IMG/VR virus record: IMGVR_UViG_3300027608_000010
Direction: 5' to 3' (one strand)
DNA from: a virus
Taxonomy: Duplodnaviria > Caudoviricetes
Length of the DNA: 64,000 bases
The notes beneath the pieces are model-generated. The model saw only the letters and a program-made list of their open reading frames with translations, searched no databases and was not told where the DNA came from. This document shows positions 30,201 to 37,869 of this stretch, one piece after another; position 1 is the first letter of the stretch, and every line of letters begins with the position of its first letter. Position numbers and translations under genes: made by a program.

Positions 30201-30579
30201 TTGTTGCATAAGTTGCATTAGCTACTGTCCCGGTGACATTGGCACCAGTTAGACTGGTTAGACCTGAACCATTTGCAGTAATATTGGTAACGCTTAATGT
30301 GCTTGACGTTTTGTTAAATGTAAATGCAGAACTAGCGCCAAAACTGCTGCCACCGTCATTGTATTGAACTTGAGTATCTGCCCCTACAACTGATCCGGCT
30401 GAAAAAGCCCAAGCTACACCATTAGCATATAATAAATTATTGGTACTAACATAATTTGCACGTGCTATATTACCTAGGTTGGCGTTAGCCGAGACGAGAG
30501 TCCCGGTAGCTGTGACATTGTTAAATGTATAGTTACCGGTTTCATCTACTACTCTTGGTCGTATTTTTTCTAATGACAT
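24229..30579 (-). CDS. 2116-aa repeat-rich fibre protein with embedded cupredoxin-like domain
   Basis: Asn/Thr/Gly shaft repeats (ANYFVGNGAFLTGVD, IANGTSNINTP), DKDRGLLLHY module, HPF..YQCSAHGGM motif, tail DTLSPFLLMGA. Confidence 0.85.
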   Translation of the reverse strand: MSLEKIRPRVVDETGNYTFNNVTATGTLVSANANLGNIARANYVSTNNLLYANGVAWAFSAGSVVGADTQVQYNDGGSSFGASSAFTFNKTSSTLSVTNITANGSGLTSLTGANVTGTVANATYATSAGTATSATTAGTVTTASQSNITSVGTLTSLAVTGNVTSGNANLGNVTVSNYFSGNGYHLTGITGGAIVGTVSAASVAYSVDGANVVGQVTYAATANAVAAGNVMGQIANALVAGTVYTAAQTNITSVGTLTSLDVTGNVSANYYIGNGSQLTGITITGAYSNTNTAAYLPTYTGNISANYFIGNGSALTNITGANITGNVSSAVQSHYANVANSITGTNVSGNVASAVQSHYANIANSVTFTNVSGKPTTISGYGITDAYSNTNTAAYLTANPVTGTYSNTNTAAYLAVYTGNLTAGNANITGNLVVGNLSTIGSGGNLSGANYIIANYFVGNGAFLTGVDLLSVGNADIANSIANGTSNINTPVSNGNITVSIGGTANTVVFANSGNYIVTTGNVKASYYFGDGSQLTGITGTYSNTNTAAYLPTYTGNFTAGNINLSYTTTSTANLGNAVRANYFVGNGAFLTGVDLLTVGNADIANAIANGNSNISTPYGNGPITVSITGTSNTVIFTSTGVNVAGTLNVGGNVIVGNLTVNGTTTTVNSTTTRVIDPIFELGGGANGAALSADDNKDRGLLLHYYSGSSTVDAFMGWDDSTNEFGFGSNVSVSSEVVTFNSYANVRGNYFVGNGYYLTGVDQLAAGSADVANSIANGTSNINTPYQDGPITVGVGGAANAVVFTSTGINIAGYSNIGGTVTAGTGTGGSITGANAITSNYFIGTLTTAAQPNITSVGTLTSLTAGNINLSYTTTSTANLGNAVRANYFVGNGAFLTGVDLLSVGNADIANSIANGTSNINTPVANGNITVSIGGTANTVVFANTGNYITTTGNMKASYYFGDGSQLTGITGTYSNTNTAAYLTANPQTGTYSNTNVASYLPTYTGNLTAGNINLSYTTTSTANLGNAVRANYFVGNGAFLTGVDLLSVGNADIANSIANGTSNINTPTSNGNITVTIGGTANTVIFTSTGINVAGYISPSTGNGTNGIIWPSNPGGGSLDVASIKYYAVTGEQTRLEINVQNDTPGVNQDDIYFTTNSYVVVNSTMEATSTSVAPFQVLGGVGIAKKLFVGGNIEAGTNFVKGNGYYLTGVDQLSVGNADIANSIANGTSNINTPTAGGNITVGIGGIANTAIFTTSGITASTFTGNLFLSVSGTTNAAIVSANVAGSDYFRILVGGTATDGGFVEFATADNGNEPIYFRQYNVSGAVGFGTVARTLTLLDASGDTYVPGKLTTTGNIIANAGSFFLGNGYYLTGVDQLSVGNADIANSIANGTSNINTPVANGNITVSIGGTANTVVFANTGNYITTTGNMKASYYFGDGSQLTGIAGSYSNTNVASYLPTYTGNLTAGNINLSYTTTSTANLGNAVRANYFVGNAAYLTGVDLLTTGSADIANSIANGTSNINTPVSNGNITVTIAGVANTVVFTSTGMNVIGNITTAGSGGNLSGANYISANFFTGNGSALSALTFGNITTFSTAGLTTDELYLQSTTRLSVTASGSAGYLFDQYGATVNPAIYVTSGQTLAFNLSVATHPFLIQTSGSANYSVGLEHVDTAGTILTTTAAQGQVAGTLYWKIPYGITGNYKYQCSAHGGMNGNIVVTDANVANITVGFATTANAVAGANVSGQVANALVAGTVYTAAQTNITSVGTLTSLAVTGNVTGGNANLGNAVTANFFIGDGSQLTGITGTYSNTNTAAYLPTYTGNFTAGNINLSYTTTSTANLGNVVRANYFVGDGSGLLNVSSGTYSNTNVAAYLPTYTGNLIPNNITLTTNADIVLSGTGSVISGANLISGNYLTGTLTTAAQPNITSVSTLTSLTVGNATANTVFGNGTITATGNISFTGANVSLGSTSSVRISGGAANYFLKTDGTGNLSWATPSGGVGGTSLTYTTATSPPASGNLLGDQWFNTSSNVLYEYLNDGTAAYWVDISSPSTSTNSAIAGAIVIKDEGSNISTAVSSINFVGAGVTASNVGNAVTVTVTATTDTLSPFLLMGA
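25052..25185. repeat. 134-bp perfect direct repeat (copy at 28859-28992)
   Basis: Base-by-base comparison from ttagcagtagaagtcg to actaccatcacc shows both copies identical. Confidence 0.85.
26246..26409. repeat. 164-bp perfect direct repeat (copy at 27680-27843)
   Basis: Identical from aattgactacc to gccatttgctat; also seen as near-identical shadow ORFs 26248 and 27682. Confidence 0.85.
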
Positions 30580-30585
30580 GTTAAC

Positions 30586-30592
30586 TATTTAA
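30586..30592 (-). promoter_or_regulatory. Possible late promoter variant
   Basis: TTAAATA in the gap upstream of the 2116-aa gene, inside the small palindrome aactatt-t-aatagtt. Confidence 0.35.
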
Positions 30593-30598
30593 TAGTTG

Positions 30599-33500
30599 TT
30601 ATTTTTGTGTCTTAATCCAGCCCTGTGTAGCATTATAATATACCAATGTTAATGCAGAACGGTTTACAGTAAGAACTAGATTACTTGCAGAACCTTCAAT
30701 ATTTCCACCGTTTCTTGCAATAGTAATATTTTGTGTACCTGCATTACCAGTTGCATCTATAATACCAACTTCATCTCCTACTGACGGACTTCCAGGTAAG
30801 GTCAATGTTACTGCAGCCGTAGTATCAATAAAGTATCTTGTACCAGCAACTGCACTAGTAGCTGAACTAATACTTGAATATACATAACCAACTGTGCCTG
30901 CTACACCACCGGATAGTACAATAACTTCAACAACCGCGCCATTTGGTGGAGGATCACTAAATGTTATAACATTTGTTGCTAAACTAAATGCTGATCTTGG
31001 TTGTGAAACACCACCAATTGTAACAATTAGATAACTGCTAGTTAACGGTGTTGATGACAATGTTTGCATTGTCCAGCTACCGTCACCGGTATAACCGTTA
31101 ACTGCCATTGTAGTTGACGGTAGCGAAGCAAAAGAAAGTACACCTGCTCCATCTGTCTTTAAGAAATAATTTGCTGTACCGCCGGTGATAGTAACATTAC
31201 TGACTGCCCCCAGATTAGTTGTACCAGAAACTGTTAGACTTGTTAATGTTCCTACGCTTGTGATATTACCTTGAGCCGCTGTTGTAACGGTGCCAGCAGT
31301 TGTAGCTGCATTTGCACTAGTTGCATTTGGAACATAACCAGTAACGTTTGCACCAGTTAAACTTGTTAATTGACTACCATTGCCACTAAAGTAATTAGCA
31401 GACACTAAGTTACCACCTGCAACATTACCGGCTGAAATATTACCTGTAACTGTTAAACTTGTTAAAGTACCTGTACTTGTAATATTTGGTTGAGCCGCTG
31501 TTGTTAATGTACCAGTAACATATGTTGCACTTACTAAATTACCACCACTAATTTGTGATGCAGTCCCGCTCATTGCAATATTGCCATTATTAGTTATTGT
31601 TAAACCAGTTAATGTACCAACGGTTGTAATATCAGTTTGACTTGTTGTTTTTATTGTACCATATATATTATCTGTTTTTACATTACCGCCAACACCAACA
31701 CCAACATTTAATGTAAGGTTAGCAGAGGTATATACTAAATTAGAACCGTCATTAGCCAAGTCACCGTATGTAGTTACAACTTGAACTGTACCTGTACCTG
31801 TACCTGTCGCATTAGCTGTGAATATAGTACCAACTGTATTGTTTGCTGAACCAAATGTAGTAAAATCAGAAGTACCGGCTGTAATGATTTTATACCTTGT
31901 ACCTGAAACAACGGTTGTAGCATTTATTGTAGGTCCAAAATGGTTAGTCACACTGGTTGCAAATTGAATAGACCCGTTTGCACCATCAACTTTAATGTTA
32001 CCGGAAATATTACCAGAAACATCACCAACCACGTTACCATTGAAATATGCATTAGCACCTAATGTAACGTTGCCTTCAGCAAATACGACTCCGCCAAAGT
32101 TAGCATTGTTAGCATATAGATTTCCTAATTTTAAATCGCCATATGTATTAAATGTTACGACTTCCCCACTAACAGTTACATTACTAGCTATTACAAAGTT
32201 ACCACCGCTATCATCCCAGCCCATAAATGCATCTACCGGAGCTACACCATTATGATAATGAAGCAAAAGACCTCTATCTTTGTTATCATCTCCAACTAAT
32301 GCTGCACCGTTTGCACCACCGCCTAGTTCAAATAATGGATCAACTACTCTCGTTACAGTAGAATTTACTGATGTTGTTGTTCCACTAATAATTAAATTGC
32401 CAGTTAATGTTAAATTACCAGCACTCAATTCACCAGTATAAGATGAAAGATATGCTCCTGCATTTGTATTGCTATATGCATCTGTGATACCATATCCACT
32501 AATAGTAGTTGGTTTACTTGAAACATTAGTAAATGTTACTGAATTAGCAATATTTGCATAATGACTTTGTACTGCACTTGTTACGTTACCGGTTACGTTA
32601 GAACCATTAGTTGATGTTAGTAGATAGCCGTTACCAGTAAAATAGTTAGCACTAATTAAATTAGCACCAGTAATATTGCCACCAGATCCGCCACCAGATT
32701 GAATAGTACCTGTTGTTAATACACCTGTTGCCGCATCAAAAGATAATGCACTATTTGATGCAAGTGCATAATTACCATTTGCGCTGCCATTAACAAATAC
32801 TGGATAAAATGTACCAGTTGTTTGTGTTGTAACTGACTCAAAGTAAGCTACGTTTGCATTTGCTACTTGTCCACTTACGTTAGCACCGGCTACCGAGTTA
32901 GCAATATTTGCATAATGACTTTGTACTGCGCTACTTACATTACCAGAGACATTTCCACCTGCTATATATGTAATAGAACTGCCATTACCACTAAATGTAT
33001 TAGCAGTAATTACATTGGCTGTAATATTACCAGTTGTAGTAAAGGTGACAGATGTTAAGTATGCTCCTGCATTTGTATTACTATATGCATCTGTAATGCC
33101 ATACCCACTTATTGTAGTTGGTGTACTTGTAATATTAGTAAATGATACTGAATTAGCGATGTTTGCATAGTGTGCTTGTACTGCACTGGTAACATTACCT
33201 GATACGTTTGTACCGGATACTGAGTTAGCAATGTTAGCATAATGACTTTGTACTGCACTGGTTACGTTACCTGATACGTTCGTACCGGATACTGAGTTAG
33301 CAATATTTGCATAATGACTTTGTACTGCACTAGTTACGTTACCATCGACATTAGCACCAGTGATATTAGTTAATAATGCACCGTTTGCACTGACCTTTGT
33401 TACTGTTAATGTATCAGTACCTTTATCAAATGTGAATGTAGACTTTGCACCTAATGTTGCACTGCCGTTGTCATTAAAGAAAACTTGAGTATTGCTACCC

Positions 33501-33937
33501 GCAATATTAGCATTACCTGTACCTGAAGTAGGAGTGTACCATGATATTACTCCACTGCCGTTTGATTGTAGTACTTGTCCAGCAGTACCACCAAACATTT
33601 TTATATTAGCTACATTACCTAAACTTACGTTAGGACCGGTAAAATCTACATTACCAGAAACAGCTAATCCAGTAAGTGTACCAAGACTTGTAATGTTAGT
33701 TTGTGCGGCTGTATAAACAGTCCCGGCAGATAATGCGTTTGCAACTTGTCCAGAAACATTCGCTCCGTTAGTTGATGTTAGAAAATAGCCATTGCCACTA
33801 AAATAATTAGCACTAGCAAGATTGCCTAAACTTGCGTTGCCAGAAACTAAATTCCCCGAAACGTTAGCATTAGCAAAAGAGAAGGTATCAGTTTGATCGA
33901 TACTAAATTGACGAATTTTTAATAATGACATGGTCAC
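30599..33937 (-). CDS. 1112-aa fibre protein
   Basis: Five SAVQ(S/A)HYANIANSV repeats and a DKDRG module. C-terminal AGTRYFIDT..TLTLPxSPxxGD..D..G..NxTIxRNG domain resembles T4 gp34-type proximal repeats. Confidence 0.8.
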   Translation of the reverse strand: MTMSLLKIRQFSIDQTDTFSFANANVSGNLVSGNASLGNLASANYFSGNGYFLTSTNGANVSGQVANALSAGTVYTAAQTNITSLGTLTGLAVSGNVDFTGPNVSLGNVANIKMFGGTAGQVLQSNGSGVISWYTPTSGTGNANIAGSNTQVFFNDNGSATLGAKSTFTFDKGTDTLTVTKVSANGALLTNITGANVDGNVTSAVQSHYANIANSVSGTNVSGNVTSAVQSHYANIANSVSGTNVSGNVTSAVQAHYANIANSVSFTNITSTPTTISGYGITDAYSNTNAGAYLTSVTFTTTGNITANVITANTFSGNGSSITYIAGGNVSGNVSSAVQSHYANIANSVAGANVSGQVANANVAYFESVTTQTTGTFYPVFVNGSANGNYALASNSALSFDAATGVLTTGTIQSGGGSGGNITGANLISANYFTGNGYLLTSTNGSNVTGNVTSAVQSHYANIANSVTFTNVSSKPTTISGYGITDAYSNTNAGAYLSSYTGELSAGNLTLTGNLIISGTTTSVNSTVTRVVDPLFELGGGANGAALVGDDNKDRGLLLHYHNGVAPVDAFMGWDDSGGNFVIASNVTVSGEVVTFNTYGDLKLGNLYANNANFGGVVFAEGNVTLGANAYFNGNVVGDVSGNISGNIKVDGANGSIQFATSVTNHFGPTINATTVVSGTRYKIITAGTSDFTTFGSANNTVGTIFTANATGTGTGTVQVVTTYGDLANDGSNLVYTSANLTLNVGVGVGGNVKTDNIYGTIKTTSQTDITTVGTLTGLTITNNGNIAMSGTASQISGGNLVSATYVTGTLTTAAQPNITSTGTLTSLTVTGNISAGNVAGGNLVSANYFSGNGSQLTSLTGANVTGYVPNATSANAATTAGTVTTAAQGNITSVGTLTSLTVSGTTNLGAVSNVTITGGTANYFLKTDGAGVLSFASLPSTTMAVNGYTGDGSWTMQTLSSTPLTSSYLIVTIGGVSQPRSAFSLATNVITFSDPPPNGAVVEVIVLSGGVAGTVGYVYSSISSATSAVAGTRYFIDTTAAVTLTLPGSPSVGDEVGIIDATGNAGTQNITIARNGGNIEGSASNLVLTVNRSALTLVYYNATQGWIKTQK
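32935..33010. repeat. 76-bp perfect repeat shared with a different gene (39125-39200)
   Basis: ttacattaccagagac...tagcagtaat is identical in the 1112-aa and 728-aa genes. Confidence 0.85.
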
Positions 33938-33953
33938 ATCCTTTTATATATTG

Positions 33954-33961
33954 TATTTATC
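33954..33961 (-). promoter_or_regulatory. T4-late-like promoter
   Basis: GATAAATA in the intergenic gap upstream of 33937. Confidence 0.6.
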
Positions 33962-33974
33962 TTAGTTATAGTAA

Positions 33975-34328
33975 TTATACCGTGACTTCTACCCAATTTG
34001 TAGTAGTTTCATCCCATGTATATTGCTTGTCATCTGTAGGCATTGCAACTGGTGCATCATACTGACATGTAGTTTCATTCAATACCCAGCTATTATATGG
34101 TTTTGGTGGAATGAATGCATCACGACCAGAGTCATAAGTATATCCTATACCAGCATAATTTTTTCTTAATGGTGTACCACCCAATGTGTGTACTCCACCA
34201 TGTGTGTTATAACTTGTTTGTACGAAAGAACTTGGTTCCCCGAATAAACCTGTATTAACTACGTCTTGCTCTATTACTAGAACTCGTGTTACGATATTAT
34301 TACTATCGATTTGTGCGAAATGTGACAT
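33975..34328 (-). CDS. Conserved phage protein (MSHFAQ..RKNYAGIGYTYD..DAFIPPKPY type)
   Basis: Recognisable motif family, commonly seen next to Gly-rich phage adhesin genes. Function unknown. Confidence 0.75.
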   Translation of the reverse strand: MSHFAQIDSNNIVTRVLVIEQDVVNTGLFGEPSSFVQTSYNTHGGVHTLGGTPLRKNYAGIGYTYDSGRDAFIPPKPYNSWVLNETTCQYDAPVAMPTDDKQYTWDETTTNWVEVTV

Positions 34329-34350
34329 TTTATTATCTCCTTGTTAAGTG

Positions 34351-35628
34351 TTAAAATGTTATACTGCCTGATGCAGTAAATTTATATGTTCTATATCCAC
34401 CTGATACTGTTATAGTTGGACTACCTGTTGTACTTGTGGCTGCAGCGTATGAGTCAGCATATCTTATAATAACTATCCCGCTGCCACCATCTCCAGGTTG
34501 GCGGTGTTCTGAATAATATCCACTAACACCTCCCCCGCCGCCACCTGTATTAGATGCACCTGAAGTTGCGGCATCAGAACTTGGATGTGTAGCAGATGTC
34601 TGTTGTTCGCCTTCACCACCGCCACCGTCACCGCCATATCCCTTTATACGTGCAGTAGAAACTCCATTACTATACACTGCGCCACCACCACCACCTGCAT
34701 AATAATTACCATCTGACCAAAGTATACCGCCGCCGCCGTCACCGCCTTTAGAAGCTGCGCCATTTGTTCCTACGCCACCTGCACCACCACCACCTGCTCC
34801 GCTATAACCGCCACCTTCAGCACCTGCGGCTGCACCACGACCGCCGTAATTTCCTTGCCCTGCAGTTGGCGTACCCTTGAATGCATCGGTTCTACCATAA
34901 GCAGATGCCCCTCCGCCCGAACCACCAGCACCACCCTGCGCATCTCCACCATTGGCGCTATCCCACGACCCACCACCACCGCCACCTAGTGCAGTTTGTG
35001 TTGTAAGTCCCGAACTACTCAGTATGGAATTATTTCCTTTATAATTCACACCACCGTTATTACCAGCAGCAGTAGAAGAATAATATCCACTAGTCCCGCC
35101 TGCACCTACAGTAATAGTATATAATCTACCAGAACTTATTGAAGTAGTACCAACAATTAGTCCACCTGCTCCGCCGCCGCCTGCATTATATCTTATACCC
35201 CCGGCTCCGCCGCCAGCAACTACTAAGAATTCAGCAGTAGTAACCGGAGGTGCAGTACTAGTATCATTTATGGTAACTGAACTGCTAGTAGCAACTATAT
35301 TTCCTGATGTTGATACTGTTCTTATCTGAACTGTAAATGTTTGAGCACCTTCAGTTAATGAATCAGCTAATGGTGTTATTGTAAGAGAACCCACTGTATT
35401 ATTAATAGTAAAAGATCCAGATGATGCAGAAAAATCAGCACTTGCAGTTGAACTATTATAATTAATAGTCCAATATAGTGTAGTACCATTTGGTACTTCA
35501 TTATATGTTTGTACGTAGAAGATTCCAGATTGACCCTCATTTAGGCTGGTTGGTATTGTACTGAATGTGTATATAGGTGGAGGGGGTAGTACAGTTAAAT
35601 TAGAGAATGTAATGTTATTGAATTCCAT
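34351..35628 (-). CDS. Ig/Calx-beta-like plus glycine-rich adhesin-like protein
   Basis: LNEGQSG.F.VQT..GTTLYWTI..ADF..SSGSFTI..TEGAQTFTVQIR domain, followed by a Gly-rich domain with the shared C-terminus. Confidence 0.75.
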   Translation of the reverse strand: MEFNNITFSNLTVLPPPPIYTFSTIPTSLNEGQSGIFYVQTYNEVPNGTTLYWTINYNSSTASADFSASSGSFTINNTVGSLTITPLADSLTEGAQTFTVQIRTVSTSGNIVATSSSVTINDTSTAPPVTTAEFLVVAGGGAGGIRYNAGGGGAGGLIVGTTSISSGRLYTITVGAGGTSGYYSSTAAGNNGGVNYKGNNSILSSSGLTTQTALGGGGGGSWDSANGGDAQGGAGGSGGGASAYGRTDAFKGTPTAGQGNYGGRGAAAGAEGGGYSGAGGGGAGGVGTNGAASKGGDGGGGILWSDGNYYAGGGGGAVYSNGVSTARIKGYGGDGGGGEGEQQTSATHPSSDAATSGASNTGGGGGGVSGYYSEHRQPGDGGSGIVIIRYADSYAAATSTTGSPTITVSGGYRTYKFTASGSITF

Positions 35629-35649
35629 GTTGTTCTCTTAGAATGTTAT
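35623..35649. repeat. 27-bp identical gene-junction repeat (copy at 36409-36435)
   Basis: ttccatgttgttctcttagaatgttat spans stop, spacer and start at two successive junctions. Confidence 0.85.
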
Positions 35650-36414
35650 TGTGCCTGATGCAGTGAATATGTAAATCCTATATCCACCTGAAGTGGTTAC
35701 AGTTGGACTACCTGTTGTCGCTGATGCGGCTGCGTATATGGTTTGGTAGCGAATGACTACTATTCCGGATCCTCCGCTACCACCATTACCATTGTTATAC
35801 GAATTTGGGCTACCACCACTACCTGTATTAGCGGCACCACCGTTGCCGTTTATACCACCTCCGCCGGTAGTAGTACCCCAGCTACCATTGTATCCGGCGC
35901 CGCCACCAGCAAAATATCCTGTACTATTATAACCAGTAATGCCATTTAATTCAGATATTAGTCGGGCGGCGCCACCATTAATATTAGTTGCGGATCCGCC
36001 TGCTCCGCCACCACCACCAGAATTTGCTGCATAACCTGTATTTCCGGCAACGCCATCATTTGTACCTTGGTTACCGCCGAGACCATATGCACCACCGAAC
36101 CCAGGCCCAGCAGTGTGATTCATGCTAGTATTTGTTCCGGATACTGATGAGGCAGTACCTTGATTACCCAGTCTGCCTTGTTCAAACGTTCCGTTACCTA
36201 TACCGCCGGCACCTACAGTAACAGTATATGTTCCTGTACCAGTAAAACCTTCTACGGTTACCCAAATTAATCCTCCGGCGCCACCGCCACCGGTTGTATA
36301 ATTGCCACCATTTCCCGCGCCAGCGGCGCCTCCTCCAACCACTAATAATTGAAGTAGGTTTTGACTAGCTATAGTAATACCTTGTCCGATTGTTATACCT
36401 GAGCCTATTTCCAT
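35638..36414 (-). CDS. Glycine-rich adhesin-like protein
   Basis: LLVVGGGAAG..GGGGAGG; C-terminus GGSGIVVIRY..TTGSPT..GYRIYIFTASGTITF. Confidence 0.8.
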   Translation of the reverse strand: MEIGSGITIGQGITIASQNLLQLLVVGGGAAGAGNGGNYTTGGGGAGGLIWVTVEGFTGTGTYTVTVGAGGIGNGTFEQGRLGNQGTASSVSGTNTSMNHTAGPGFGGAYGLGGNQGTNDGVAGNTGYAANSGGGGGAGGSATNINGGAARLISELNGITGYNSTGYFAGGGAGYNGSWGTTTGGGGINGNGGAANTGSGGSPNSYNNGNGGSGGSGIVVIRYQTIYAAASATTGSPTVTTSGGYRIYIFTASGTITF

Positions 36415-36423
36415 GTTGTTCTC

Positions 36424-37869
36424 TTAGAATGTTATACTGCCGGATGCAGTGAATTTATAAACTCTGTATCCTGTTGGATTAGTGACTGTTGGTGAGCCTG
36501 TTGTTGAAGTTGCAGCCTCTGATGAGTCTGCATAGCGAATGATTACTACCCCAGAACCACCGTTGCCTCCTTGAGTATTATTACCAGATCCACCACCACC
36601 GCCACCTCCTGTATTAGCAGTGCCACCCGTATCGCCGGCGCCGCCTCCTCCAGAACCCCCTGCGCCGCCAGGATATGTTCCTCCACCTCCTCCCCCGTAA
36701 TATGTTGAAGTGCCGGTAATACTTGATTGTTTACCGATTCCACCAGCGTCACTGTTTTGAGCATCGCTTGCGGCCGCACCTGCTCCGCCACCTCCTTGGC
36801 CATCTCGCCGGTCACCTAGCGCAGGATCTTTTTGTCCGCCGCCCTTATTTCCGTATCCACCTGACGCAGAGGATGGTTGAAGTGCTGCACCGCCGCCTGC
36901 AGAACTAGCTACATCAGTTCCAGGATAACTGAAACCCACACCACCACCTGATCCGCCAGCCGCACCATTGGCAGCACTACTGGCGTTGGCTCCAACAGTG
37001 TCACCATTACGACTTCCACCACCACCACCACCTATAGCAGTTACCGTAGTAAATCCTGATCCACTAATTGAACTATTTGCGCCATTTCCACCTCTATTGG
37101 TTGCAGTTGTGGTTCCTACTCCGCCTGCACCTATAGTTACTGTAAATACAGTGCCTTTAGTAAAGGTAATAGAAGTTGCTTCTGCATATCCACCTGCACC
37201 ACCTCCACCCCCATAATATCCGGTTCCGCCAGAACCACCACCTGCAAGAAGTAAATAATCAGCAATAACAATATTTGTTGCTTCAATACTGAAACTTCTA
37301 CTAGCTGTTTGATTCTGACTATCAGTGGCAGTGATTGTAAAATTACTTGTTGCGGCTACTGTAGGTGTTCCTGTAATAGCACCAGTATTAGTATTCAAAC
37401 TTAAACTAGTTGGTAAACTACCACTAGTTATACTATATGTAATTGTTCCGTCTCCTGTAGCATTTATTGATTGTGAATATGCGGTTCCAACCACAGCGAC
37501 AACTAATGCTCCGCTTGCCGTTACCCAAGTTGGTAAACTACTATATGTAATCCCACCCGGTAATATACCACTACTACCATCAGTATTATAAACATAAAGA
37601 TGATATGACCCTACACTTTTTGCAGGACTTGTAAATGTTAAACTTGTTGCACTTACATATGTAGTTGCACAACTAGTAGTATCAATATACACTATTGCAC
37701 CACTATTAAATCCACTACCAGCGATAGTAACTGTTTCACTACCGGCCGGGTTTGCCGCAGTAACACTTCCAATATATGTTAGTCCAGTAATCTTTACTCC
37801 TGAAGATACGACACTATTGATAACAGAAGTTAATGCGGCTGCTTTTACCGATTTTAAATTTGTTGCCAT
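36424..37869 (-). CDS. IPT/TIG plus putative-Ig plus glycine-rich adhesin-like protein
   Basis: Same neck as the LamG adhesins (TVTIAGSGF..PTWVT..YSITSGSLPxxLSL..TGAITGTPT), with a Gly-rich head. Confidence 0.8.
   Translation of the reverse strand: MATNLKSVKAAALTSVINSVVSSGVKITGLTYIGSVTAANPAGSETVTIAGSGFNSGAIVYIDTTSCATTYVSATSLTFTSPAKSVGSYHLYVYNTDGSSGILPGGITYSSLPTWVTASGALVVAVVGTAYSQSINATGDGTITYSITSGSLPTSLSLNTNTGAITGTPTVAATSNFTITATDSQNQTASRSFSIEATNIVIADYLLLAGGGSGGTGYYGGGGGAGGYAEATSITFTKGTVFTVTIGAGGVGTTTATNRGGNGANSSISGSGFTTVTAIGGGGGGSRNGDTVGANASSAANGAAGGSGGGVGFSYPGTDVASSAGGGAALQPSSASGGYGNKGGGQKDPALGDRRDGQGGGGAGAAASDAQNSDAGGIGKQSSITGTSTYYGGGGGGTYPGGAGGSGGGGAGDTGGTANTGGGGGGGSGNNTQGGNGGSGVVIIRYADSSEAATSTTGSPTVTNPTGYRVYKFTASGSITF

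Noticed and set aside
22749-37869. Collagen-like annotation for Gly-rich genes
   Set aside because: No sustained Gly-X-Y periodicity; the pattern is GGxGG runs.
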